NCBI GenBank assembly: GCA_028279585.1
Contig: JANQNL010000166.1
Span: 27-64,026, forward strand
DNA length: 64,000 bases
From: Thermoplasmatota archaeon
GTDB lineage: Archaea > Thermoplasmatota > Penumbrarchaeia > JANQNL01
Direction of reading: 5' to 3'
Below are positions 46,201-55,800 of the stretch, one piece after another. The notes below the pieces were generated by a model. The model made no database searches. It had not been told where the DNA came from and saw only the letters and a program-made list of their open reading frames with translations. A program made the position numbers and the translations under genes. Within the stretch, counting starts at the first letter, position 1. Each line of letters opens with the position of its first letter.

Positions 46201-46411
46201 GTGGTTCACCTCATTCGGAATTACCATGTCAGGCTACCGCTATATAGTAACCTTGAGATAAGCCATAATATTATGCTATATAAGATTTGCTGCTGTTATC
46301 TAGGTACTTTAGGCTAGTATATATATAATCATAATAAAGGACCAGTGGTCGGCCGTACCGATGTATGGACCACGAGTCTAATGATTGTTAACATGTTGGA
46401 TGGCTAAACAT

Positions 46412-46441
46412 GTATGAGGGCCGTGCTTCCGGCCCTCATAC
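46412..46441 (-). terminator. perfect 12-bp hairpin downstream of the cys/NPP operon
   Basis: GTATGAGGGCCG pairs with CGGCCCTCATAC around the loop TGCTTC, 18 nt beyond the NPP-like stop codon. Confidence 0.5.
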
Positions 46442-46458
46442 TGAGAAGCTCAAAGAGG

Positions 46459-47184
46459 TTAGTCCTTGTGCTTGAGTATTACATCCTTGACATCCGTGAT
46501 CTTCGGATTATCAAGGTATTCGAAGTTTGTCGACCAAAACCCGTACTCAGAGTGGTCGCCGAACATTCCGATGGTCTGCATGCCGTGGTCGGAGATGACA
46601 AGGACCTTCACATCGGGAATCTTCATGATCTGTGAGTAGATGTCCTCCATCTCGCTGTAGAGCATCTTCATCAGGACCTTGTTGCCGAAGTTCAGGTGAC
46701 CGATGACGTCCACCACTGAAAAATATCCAAGGACGAGGTCGTGGTCCTCTTTGAGGGCCGCGAGGAACTCGTCCTTGACTTTCCTGTGGTGTGCGAACGC
46801 GTCATCGTTGTATGCCTTCCTGATCTCCTTCTTCTTCTCGTCGTTCTCGGTCTCGAAGAACTCCCGCAGAAGTTTTCTTGACCTCTCATGAGCATCGAGG
46901 TCATAGGAGTATCCCGGAAGATCAAGGACAAGCGGGTTTGCAAACTCTGAAAAGAAGGTCTCCTCAGTGGCCCACCTCTTGTTCCACATCTCTGTGTTTC
47001 CGTCTACTAATACCTCCGACTCTTTGTTCATCCCTGTCATAAAGGATGACCAAAGGACCATCGTCCTTGGTTGGGAGAACTCAGTGATATCGGTCTTACC
47101 GTAATGATCCTGCATCAGTGCTGTGCAGTTGAACTCCTCGACCTTGGTGAACTCGAGGGCATCGATTGCGAAGATGACGATCAC
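46459..47184 (-). CDS. minimal alkaline-phosphatase-superfamily enzyme, nucleotide pyrophosphatase/phosphodiesterase (NPP)-like
   Basis: 241 aa. AP/NPP core motifs appear in order: VIFAIDAL (metal Asp), QPRTMVLWSSFMTG (Thr nucleophile context), VVDVIGHLNFG (D..H) and VLVISDHGM. The gene lies 9 nt downstream of cysN on the same strand. Confidence 0.6.
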   Translation of the reverse strand: MIVIFAIDALEFTKVEEFNCTALMQDHYGKTDITEFSQPRTMVLWSSFMTGMNKESEVLVDGNTEMWNKRWATEETFFSEFANPLVLDLPGYSYDLDAHERSRKLLREFFETENDEKKKEIRKAYNDDAFAHHRKVKDEFLAALKEDHDLVLGYFSVVDVIGHLNFGNKVLMKMLYSEMEDIYSQIMKIPDVKVLVISDHGMQTIGMFGDHSEYGFWSTNFEYLDNPKITDVKDVILKHKD

Positions 47185-47193
47185 ACGACCACC

Positions 47194-48420
47194 TCACTCG
47201 GTAATGATGCCGCCTGCGCAGGTGTTGAGCCTTTCGAGGACGAACCGACCGAGCTCCTCGACCTCGTTGAAGTTCTCGATGATTATCGGCTTGTTGGTCT
47301 TGATGACCACGTCTGCGACCTCGCGGTTCTCGATCATGGTCTTGTCCTCTTTCTCTTCGAGAGTGGAGGAATTGAGGATCCTTTTGAACTCTGCAACCTC
47401 GCAGACCACCTTCTGTGTCGTGCACTTCATCATGATGCGCTCGCCCTTCTCCAGTGGGTCCTTGGACATCCAGAAGATGTGAGCGTTGAACGTGTCCTGG
47501 ATCCTGGGCTGGTTGTTCGGGTCGACAAGGATGTCTCCCCTGTCGAGGAACACCTTGTCCTTTGTCGTAAGGCCTATGGCCTTACCGGAGCGTGCCTCCT
47601 TAACATCCTCCTTGAAGTGCTCCTCGAGGCTCGTGACCGTTGTTGTCTCCTTGGATGGAAGGACCATTATCTCCTGACCGTCCTTGAGAACACCGGACTC
47701 GACCCTGCCGACGATGATCCTCTTTCCCCACATGTAGATGTCCTGAACAGGGAAGCGGAGTGGTAGGTCGTCGTTGGAACCGTGTGGCTTGAAGGTATCG
47801 AGAGCCTCGAGGACGGACATGCCGTCATACCAAGGCATCTCGTCAGACTTCGAAGCGACATTGTCGCCGGTCTTTGCAGAGATCGGGATAGTGTAGGTCG
47901 GGGTGATGTTGATGCTGTCAAGGAATTTGACGAGCTCGACATTGACCTCATCGAACCTCTCCTGGGAATACCCCACAAGGTCCATCTTGTTCATTACGAC
48001 AATGACCTGCTTCAGGCCAAGCATGGACAGAATGTAGGAGTGCCTCCTGGTCTGCTCCTGAACACCCTCGTCCGCGTCGACTATAAGGATAGCAGCCTCT
48101 GCAAGGGAAGCTCCGGTGATCATGTTCTTGACGAACTCGACGTGACCGGGAGCATCGATGATGGTGTACTGCCTCTTGTCGGTGTTGAAGAAGATCTGGG
48201 TAGTGTCGATGGTAACGTTCTGGTCCCTCTCCTCCTCGAGGTTGTCGGTGATGTAGCCGAACTCGAGCTCCTTTCCAAGAGCGTCGCAGATGGCCTGTAT
48301 CTCCTCGAGCTTTCCCTCCTGGAGGGAGTCTGTGTCGTAGAGGAGCCTGCCGATGAGCGTGGACTTGCCATGGTCGACGTGTCCAACGATAACGAACTTG
48401 AGATTATCTGTTGCATCCAT
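47194..48420 (-). CDS. cysN: sulfate adenylyltransferase subunit 1 (GTPase)
   Basis: 408 aa. The G-domain shows [26 protein letters not shown] and [18 protein letters not shown] segment is typical of CysN. The gene lies immediately downstream of cysD. Confidence 0.85.
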   Translation of the reverse strand: MDATDNLKFVIVGHVDHGKSTLIGRLLYDTDSLQEGKLEEIQAICDALGKELEFGYITDNLEEERDQNVTIDTTQIFFNTDKRQYTIIDAPGHVEFVKNMITGASLAEAAILIVDADEGVQEQTRRHSYILSMLGLKQVIVVMNKMDLVGYSQERFDEVNVELVKFLDSINITPTYTIPISAKTGDNVASKSDEMPWYDGMSVLEALDTFKPHGSNDDLPLRFPVQDIYMWGKRIIVGRVESGVLKDGQEIMVLPSKETTTVTSLEEHFKEDVKEARSGKAIGLTTKDKVFLDRGDILVDPNNQPRIQDTFNAHIFWMSKDPLEKGERIMMKCTTQKVVCEVAEFKRILNSSTLEEKEDKTMIENREVADVVIKTNKPIIIENFNEVEELGRFVLERLNTCAGGIITE

Positions 48421-48429
48421 GATATCACC

Positions 48430-49242
48430 TCACATGTACCCCAGGGCTCGAAGCTTCTGCATTGCGTTTGCCTCTTCCTTGTCCTGAGCCCTTCCGGACC
48501 TCTCGGACGTGTTCGAGTTCCTTATCTCCTCGACGATCTTGTCGACAGTGTCCGCATCGGACTCTATGGGGTTGGTGATCGGCATGCAACCGAGCGACCT
48601 GTACCTCTTGCCGTTCTTTGAGAAGTAGAGCTCGTTGATAGGGATGCCCTCTCTCTGTATGTATGCCCAGATGTCAAGCTCGGTCCAGTGAAGGAGCGGA
48701 TGTACACGGATGTGCTCCTTCTCCTCGGCCTCGGCCTTGAACTGGTCCCAAAGCTCTGGTGGCTGGTTCTTGTAGTCCCACATGAAGTCCTCGTTCCTTG
48801 GAGAGAAGTACCTCTCCTTGGCCCGGATCCCATGCTCGTCCCTTCTGATGCCAACGTAGAGACCGCGGAACTTGTGTTCAGCGATGGCCTTCTTCAGGGC
48901 GTTCGTCTTGAGCTCTGTGCATACGGTCAGGGAATCGTGGGTCTCGTAGCCCACACCCTGCTCGATGGCCTCAAGGTTCTTGTAAACGATGAGATTGAGC
49001 CCGTATTCCTCTGCATACTTCTCCCTGAACGCATACATCTCAGGGAACTTGTAGGTCGTATCGATGTGCATCACAGGGAACGGGATGTTGTCGTAGAATG
49101 CCTTACGAGCAAGCCAAAGAAGGGTGGTGGAATCCTTTCCAATGCTCCAGAGCAGTACCACCTTCTTGAACTGCTTGTATGCTTCACGCATGATGTAGAT
49201 CGATCTGTTCTCCAGTTCATCTAAATAGTCCATTCGAATCAC
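48430..49242 (-). CDS. cysD: sulfate adenylyltransferase subunit 2
   Basis: 270 aa. The PAPS-reductase-fold PP-loop is LLWSIGKDSTTLLWLARKAF. Other motifs are HIDTTYKFPEMYAFR, IRRDEHGIRAKERYFSPR and the CysD C-terminus ERSGRAQDKE..MQKLRALGYM. Confidence 0.9.
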   Translation of the reverse strand: MIRMDYLDELENRSIYIMREAYKQFKKVVLLWSIGKDSTTLLWLARKAFYDNIPFPVMHIDTTYKFPEMYAFREKYAEEYGLNLIVYKNLEAIEQGVGYETHDSLTVCTELKTNALKKAIAEHKFRGLYVGIRRDEHGIRAKERYFSPRNEDFMWDYKNQPPELWDQFKAEAEEKEHIRVHPLLHWTELDIWAYIQREGIPINELYFSKNGKRYRSLGCMPITNPIESDADTVDKIVEEIRNSNTSERSGRAQDKEEANAMQKLRALGYM

Positions 49243-49244
49243 TC

Positions 49245-49568
49245 CTAGATATAACCCAGCTCTTTGAGCCTCTGTTTTATCCTTTGTTCGTCCACATCCG
49301 TTTTGAGGGCCTCTTCATAGAGCATCAATCGGAGGATGAACGCGACATACTCACTGACGTTCTTGAAGTCGGTCCTTTCGATCTTCTCCTCCAATCTGTC
49401 AGCAAGCTTCTTCGGTATCGAGATCACCGTCATGTCGTTGTCCATCTCCTTGAAGACAGAGACCATATCCTCCAAAAGCTCCTGATATGACATGTCCCGC
49501 TCAGAGGCGAGCACGCGAAGCTGCTTCCGAAGGTCCTCGGAAACCTGGATGGTGGTCCTGTTCTCCAT
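49245..49568 (-). CDS. ribbon-helix-helix (CopG/Arc/MetJ-type) transcription regulator
   Basis: From ATG 49568 the protein begins MENRTTIQVSEDLRKQLRVLASERDMSYQELLEDMV, a beta-strand followed by two helices. The ORF-track start at 49640 would run through the promoter and repeat region. The gene ends 2 nt before cysD. Confidence 0.7.
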   Translation of the reverse strand: MENRTTIQVSEDLRKQLRVLASERDMSYQELLEDMVSVFKEMDNDMTVISIPKKLADRLEEKIERTDFKNVSEYVAFILRLMLYEEALKTDVDEQRIKQRLKELGYI

Positions 49569-49578
49569 GGTAAGCCCA

Positions 49579-49620
49579 CATAGGATTATGTATGTACATA
49601 GAATTATGTATTGGTATTTA
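49579..49620 (-). promoter_or_regulatory. promoter with direct-repeat operator for the RHH-cysD-cysN-NPP operon
   Basis: Two 15-nt direct repeats, CATAGGATTATGTAT (49579-49593) and CATAGAATTATGTAT (49597-49611), match at 14/15 positions with an 18-nt period. They lie between a minus-strand TTAAATA box (49614-49620) and ATG 49568. Confidence 0.55.
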
Positions 49621-49655
49621 AGGCTTTCACTATCCAACATGTTATTGGAAGCGGT

Positions 49656-52625
49656 TCAGTCCTGGTCCAGGCCTTCATCTTCCTTTGGGAGGTCCTGGTC
49701 GTCTGGAACGTCGCTCTCTTCGGAAATTGGGTCCTCGGGGACCTCTTCGTCTGGGGTTGTATCCTCGGGAGCTTCTTCCTCAGGTCCAACCGGGATGTCC
49801 TCGGATGGTTCCTCGTCAGGGGCTTCCTCGGTCTCCGGTGACGTATCTTCATCAGTGGTTTCGGGAAGCCATTCTTCATCCGGAGGGAACGGCCCCTTAG
49901 GTTCATCGATCGGAGGATCACCTTCACGATATGGCCAAGTGTTCCTACGAATGAAGATGACGATCGCTGCGCTGATGATGAGTAGAACAAGAACCCCTAT
50001 GATCACTAGCACGATGATCAAGGCGGTCTGCAGACCTGATAGGTCTTCGGAACCAGTGGTAGTCGTATTACCATCGGTTCCATTGGTCTGGTTGTTCCCA
50101 GGATCCACATGATCGAGGACCGTTATTTGGATGGAGAACTGGGACGTGGCATTGTCGTTGTCCTCGACCGTCAGGGTGACTGTCTTGACCCCGGGCGTGG
50201 AATAAGCCCACATCACCTCTGGTCCTTGGTCAGGCCAACCCTCGTCGAAGTCCCAGGTATAGACGAGCGAACTACGGTCGTTTGGAGTGTCCAGGCCTTG
50301 GGTTGCGTTGAAAATGATCAGTTCACCGACCTGCACCGTCGTCTTCGATGCTCCGAACTTCGCTGTTGGGGCAACGTTGATGACCGTGACATCAAGTGTC
50401 TCCGAGTACTCCTCACCATCATCATCTGTGACCGTGAAGATGATGATATGCTTGCCCGGGGTAGTGAACCTGTGGGAGGGCTCGTCCTCTTTGTAGGTCG
50501 TGCCCTCCATTTCCCAAAGGATGGAGAGGGTGTCATGGTCAGAGGCAGTATCTGTGTATGTGCAGCTGAACGAGACCTCATCGTACTCATTGACTGTTGT
50601 GCTATCGACAGAAGTAGAACCCGATGGAGCGACATTGTTGATCGTGACGTTCCTGGTCATGGAATGGGTGTCCTCGTCATCGTCTCGCACCCAAAGGATG
50701 GCCTCGTAGGCCCCAGCATCGGTGTAGGTGTGGGTCGCATCTGCAATGGATGACCAGACGCTCGAATTACCGTCACCGAAATCCCACTTGAACTCGAGAT
50801 ATCTCTCGTCCGAGCTGTCGTCAATGGCCGACCCTGTGAAAGAGACCTCTTGGTCCTCGACAACAGTTATCGGTTCTCCTGCATAGACAACGGTCGGAGG
50901 GAGGTTCGAGACCGTGATGGATATGTTGGTCTGGTCCTTTGCACCGTTATCATCAGTGGCTGTCAGGATGACCGTGTACTGGCCTGCCTTGGAATAGGTA
51001 TGGTATACAAGCTGGCCGGTGTCCATTTTACTATCGCCGAAATCCCAGAGGAAGGATAGGGTCGAGTTGTCCGTGAAAGTGTCGAAGCTCGAGTAAGCGT
51101 CGAAGGTCACCTTCTCCTCTTCCATGACAGATAGCTTGTTGGCATTGATGATCGCGGTGGGAGCAACGTTCGATACGTTCACGTTCATTTGGGCAGAGGT
51201 CTCGAAGAGGTTGTCATCCCGTACCGTGAAAGTGGCAGTGTAATTGCCTTGGGCGATGTAGGTGTGGGTGGTGTTCGGTTCGAACAACCAATTAGTGTTC
51301 TGACCATCTCCGAAGTCCCATTTGTACATCAATGAAGGCTCGTCGGTAGGTGTGTCCGAGCCCCAACCTTCCAAGGCTACAACCTCGTCCTCCACCGCGG
51401 TCTGGTTCGGTCCGACATAGGCATCTGGATAGACGTTGATGACACTAAGTGTGATGTCCACGGTCTCGGACTCGTAGGTGTCCGTGTACCTGAACGTGGG
51501 AGTGTAGGAACCGGACGCGTTGTAGATGTGTACTATAGGTTGGTTGGATGTGGAATTTATCTCGAACGTACCATCACCATCAAGGTCCCATTCAAAGGAT
51601 ACTGTATCATTCAGTAGCAGTCCGGTGATGTTTCCCCAGAAGGTTACACTGTCGTCCTCATTGATGCTAGAGTGGGAGGCCTCGACCTCACATGTGGACA
51701 GGTCCCAAGCATAGCCGCTGATTGTACTTCCACTCCAATCCGCCCGGACCTGGTCTGTGTAAATGAAGGTCTCATAATCCTTGTCCTTGTAGAACCAGTA
51801 TCTGAAGAACGAGACCTGATACTCCTCGTAGGACCGCACGCTCTGATGGTCTGCGCCCGCGATGATCATGGCTGTCTTCGGTTGGGTCGCTCTGTTGTAG
51901 AACGGATAGGGCGAATTGTCCGAGGACCCACACATGACCTGGAACGGAACATCGATGGTCTTGCATGAATCAAGGTCTCCGTATGCTGTGGGGGAGACCG
52001 GGTGTGATGCTTTCAGTCGATCGTCGCCGTACTGGTCTGTGACCGCATATGCTGCTGTGACCCCACCCCAAGAATGGCCAGAGATGCCGAGCCTTTCCAT
52101 GTCCATCATGCCCTCAAGCAGGTGTGCGCCTGTAGAGTTCGTAGCGTTTATCCAGTCGATGACCACCGACACATCCTGTGCAAGGATGTGTGGATGGCGA
52201 AGGCTAGAACCGGGCATATAACCGATGCCGATGTTGACAACAACAAAGCCATACGATGCGATCATCGCCGCATTTCCATCGACATAGGAATGGGTCGATG
52301 AACCTCCAGGTAGGTACACTATAGTTGGATATGGGGCCAGCGAGTCATTGATCGCAGCACCCTGGGTGCTCGATTCCCCTGGATAGTAAACACGGGCCGT
52401 CACGTTCTCATCCAGACCTTCAGAGACCCGGGATGGGATGGCCACAAGATACTCCTCATAAGCTCGTGGGTATAGCCCCCATCCTGTAGGCTTGGAGACC
52501 CGGGTGGAAGGCTCGCCTGTTCCAGATGAGGCTATCAGAATAAGAGAGAGCGAGACCAACAGGATAGCTACCACTACCGTAGTAACTCCCTCGCTTCTAG
52601 CCATAAAAGCCCATGTTCCGAGCAT
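49656..52625 (-). CDS. membrane-anchored alpha/beta-hydrolase (cutinase/PETase/chlorophyllase-like esterase) with about six PKD domains
   Basis: The N-terminal anchor is VTTVVVAILLVSLSLILIASS. The hydrolase core reads ARVYYPG..YPTIVYLPGG..MIASYGFVVV..RLGISGHSWGG (nucleophile elbow)..VPFQVMCGSSDNSP..MIIAGADH. PKD signatures are WDLDGDG, WDFGDGQ, WDFGDSK, WDFGDGN and WDFDEG. The TM is ALIIVLVIIGVLVLLIISAAIVIFI followed by RR. The tail is acidic and Pro-rich. Confidence 0.75.
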   Translation of the reverse strand: MLGTWAFMARSEGVTTVVVAILLVSLSLILIASSGTGEPSTRVSKPTGWGLYPRAYEEYLVAIPSRVSEGLDENVTARVYYPGESSTQGAAINDSLAPYPTIVYLPGGSSTHSYVDGNAAMIASYGFVVVNIGIGYMPGSSLRHPHILAQDVSVVIDWINATNSTGAHLLEGMMDMERLGISGHSWGGVTAAYAVTDQYGDDRLKASHPVSPTAYGDLDSCKTIDVPFQVMCGSSDNSPYPFYNRATQPKTAMIIAGADHQSVRSYEEYQVSFFRYWFYKDKDYETFIYTDQVRADWSGSTISGYAWDLSTCEVEASHSSINEDDSVTFWGNITGLLLNDTVSFEWDLDGDGTFEINSTSNQPIVHIYNASGSYTPTFRYTDTYESETVDITLSVINVYPDAYVGPNQTAVEDEVVALEGWGSDTPTDEPSLMYKWDFGDGQNTNWLFEPNTTHTYIAQGNYTATFTVRDDNLFETSAQMNVNVSNVAPTAIINANKLSVMEEEKVTFDAYSSFDTFTDNSTLSFLWDFGDSKMDTGQLVYHTYSKAGQYTVILTATDDNGAKDQTNISITVSNLPPTVVYAGEPITVVEDQEVSFTGSAIDDSSDERYLEFKWDFGDGNSSVWSSIADATHTYTDAGAYEAILWVRDDDEDTHSMTRNVTINNVAPSGSTSVDSTTVNEYDEVSFSCTYTDTASDHDTLSILWEMEGTTYKEDEPSHRFTTPGKHIIIFTVTDDDGEEYSETLDVTVINVAPTAKFGASKTTVQVGELIIFNATQGLDTPNDRSSLVYTWDFDEGWPDQGPEVMWAYSTPGVKTVTLTVEDNDNATSQFSIQITVLDHVDPGNNQTNGTDGNTTTTGSEDLSGLQTALIIVLVIIGVLVLLIISAAIVIFIRRNTWPYREGDPPIDEPKGPFPPDEEWLPETTDEDTSPETEEAPDEEPSEDIPVGPEEEAPEDTTPDEEVPEDPISEESDVPDDQDLPKEDEGLDQD

Positions 52626-52861
52626 GTAAAAAAACTTTCTAAAGATATGAAAAATGTTTCGGTCCCTATATGAATAACAAAATGTACATTAAAAACACGT
52701 GTGGAAGGTTCCCGCTTTCGGCGTAAAAGTTTATATAATACTACATAGTAGCGAGATTATCCATGAGGCAGCGATGCCCATGCGAGCCAAATCACATGGA
52801 AGGGTGCTAGGCTTCAGATACGAACTTCTATACAGATTATATTAGGAGAAATGGTGATAGA

Positions 52862-55800
52862 ATGTACGCAAAACGCCTCGTGTGCTTGATCATGCTGGTG
52901 GCACTGGCCACATCAGGGATCGTTTTCATAAGCACCGCGACGGAACAGGCTGTACAGGGTCCAGAGACCCGTGATGTACAGTCCAGGGCCGGTTTCATTA
53001 ATCTTTCAGGTTACATCAAGCTGAAACCGGGGAACACGCCGATCGCAGATAACACTGTGATGCTGACAGGTCCTGAGACCAACACAACAGTGACAATGGC
53101 CGATGGTTTCTATACTCTCAACCTGGATGGGAACCTCAAGGGCGATTATATCATGATGATCGGTGGAAAGATGGAGGTCACGCTCAAGCTCGAGCCTGAT
53201 ATGTACTACTGGTACAACACTTCGTTCGAGCCTCACTTCCCGAAGGTGAACTCGCTCGATGTGAACGCCTTCGAGTTCGGAACATCGAATGCAGTGGACC
53301 CATTCTCGGTCACCGCGACCGTTGTGGATGCGTGGGGCCTTTCCCACACGGACTCTGCTGTGGGTTCTGGTGGAACTGCGACCTTGAACCTGCCTAATGG
53401 AACAGCTAATCTAATGCTGTCCTCTGCAGGGTTCCACACCACATACTTCGGTGTGACAGTACCAGATTCGACCACGGTCGATGTGGACATGATGAAGTAT
53501 CCTGCACTACCTGATGAGGACTCATCCTACACTGGAACCGTCTACTCCGAGGATGGTGCAAGGGCTACGACCCCTATCGTGAATGCAAGTGTGTCCGTAT
53601 CCGGATATACATATGCAAACCCAGAGGACTGGTTCGTCAACAGCACATACACTGATGGTGCAGGTGTTTATGACATGAACCTCCCAGCCGGGTCCTACGA
53701 TGTTAGTGTCTATACCCATGGAGGTATACCAGATGTGACATCCACCTTGGATTTCCAGACTGGTCTGTACTTCAATACCACAGCGACCATCAACAGAGAC
53801 TTCACACTTGACGAGGTCCCACTCGTAGAGGTCACTGGCCATGTGACAGAGACAGGTGCTTCATCCACGGATATCGCTTATGCATCGATCTATGTCCAGC
53901 AGGCAGATTGGACCAACACCACCACAACTGATATGAACGGCGATTACAGCATCTTGCTCCAGCCAGGCCCAGCCGACTTCGACATCGGTGGACCATCCGG
54001 TTATCACAGCCTTGAGTTCGCATACACTGTGCCCGGAACTGGTGGAACTAAGGACTTCACCCTCGACAAGGAGGAGGAAGACCATCCGATCAGTGGTAAG
54101 GTCACAGACAACGCAACTGGTCTGGGACTTCCTGGTGTCACTGTTACCGCGATAGGTGATTTCTATAACACCACCATCACGGACATGAACGGTGACTACG
54201 CGATGAACGTCACTGCTGGAGAACATAGCATCATGGTGATGAGGAAGCATTACATGGGCACTGACTCCAAGGATGTTACCATAACCCATACAAGGGCGCC
54301 ATCTGCAACCGTGAACTTCGCCATTGACCCATACTGGCCTGATCACTTCTGGGTCAATGGAACAGTGCAGAAGAACTCCATCGGTGTCTATCCAGCCCAC
54401 GTGGCCTTCACAGGAACCACAAGCATGGGCATGGAGATCTGGCAGACGTTCTACGTGAACATGGATGGCGACTATTATGCATATCTGCCTCGTGGTGCTT
54501 ACACCGCGACCGCTGATGATCCGAACTATGACAATGTCTACAAGCCAGAGAAGAAGGACATCGTCCTTACTGCAGACATGACACTTGACTTCGACATGTG
54601 GGCAAGGCCTGTCATGGTCTACGAGCTGTTCGGCTTCGTATACGATGCAGAGGATAGTTCCGACATCATCGATTGGCAGGTGGATGTGGATAATGAGGAC
54701 CCAGATGAGAAGATTCACAAGAACTTCCCATTGACAGATGACAAGGGCTTCTACAGGACCTACTGCACAGATGGTACCTATACCATCGATGTCATGGTCC
54801 CTGGTTACAAGCCATATCTGTCCAAGGACAATGCAATATCTGCAGATACCGAGCACCATATCGGTCTGTCCAGGATGGGTACCGAGAACAACACCGTTCA
54901 GGGAACCATCTACGATGAGAACGACAGTCCGATCACTGCTTCCATCACTCTGTACGACGTCGACAACGGCATGACCGTTGCCAACTCCACAGAGGGAAGC
55001 ACCTACGACTTCCTCTGCTACGATGGTAACTTCAACATCACAGCAGAGGGCAACGGTGGACTGGTAGCCTGGCAGCACTTCAGCATATCCGGCGAGCAGA
55101 CACTGGTCATCAACCTGTCCCTGATCCCTTCAGCGAACATCACAGGTTACCTCAACGGCTCTGATGGTGTGAACTACACTGTCCTTTCGGACTTCGAGGT
55201 GTTCCTGCTCGATGACATGAACATGACCTTTGACTCCACCATGACCAACGAGTCTGGTTACTACGAGTTCATGGACCTCGATGTTGGAGATTACTATATC
55301 TTCGTCAACGAGACTCCACTGTGGGTCTGGCATCTTTCAGAGGAGCAGGTATTGGCAAGGGACGCTGACATTGAGTACAATATGACGCTCGATGCCAAGC
55401 CGACACCACCACCGTTCGTCAACATCACAGGATACGTCGAGTACTTCGACGGACCTCTTGATGGAATGCCTGCGGCTGGTGCCAATGTGACCCTCTACGA
55501 CGAGATGGATGCAGAACTCGCCACTGTCATGGTCGACGAATGGGGATTCTACAACATCTCAGATGTTGAGTCACTTAAGGACCACTACCTGAACTTCACT
55601 CCACCTACAGGCCTCGAGGCAGATGTTGGAACCGACCCAGGTTACCTCTTCTTTGAGACCGAGATCTTCCAGCTTGGCAGGAATGGCACATTCGATGCCA
55701 CCCTCGATTACTGGGAGCTTCCACCAGGTGGAATGGTCAACGTTACCTGGACATCTCCATTGAACGATGCTGAGATGGTCGACATCGGTGCCGATGTCAT

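Noticed and set aside
47071-48621. 231-aa and 279-aa plus-strand ORFs
   Set aside because: They are antisense to cysN and cysD, whose G-domain and PP-loop motifs are clear on the minus strand.
48430-49242. The PAPS-reductase-fold protein as a DndC/defence-type ATP-pyrophosphatase, given the accessory-looking neighbourhood
   Set aside because: It has the canonical CysD C-terminus (GRAQDKE..LRALGYM) and is paired with a CysN-type GTPase. The ordinary sulfate adenylyltransferase reading is sufficient.
53861-55078. A 405-aa minus-strand ORF
   Set aside because: It is antisense to the 1579-aa surface-protein gene, which has a signal peptide, repeated beta-sandwich domains and a TM anchor in the plus frame. 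The minus frame has no independent support.
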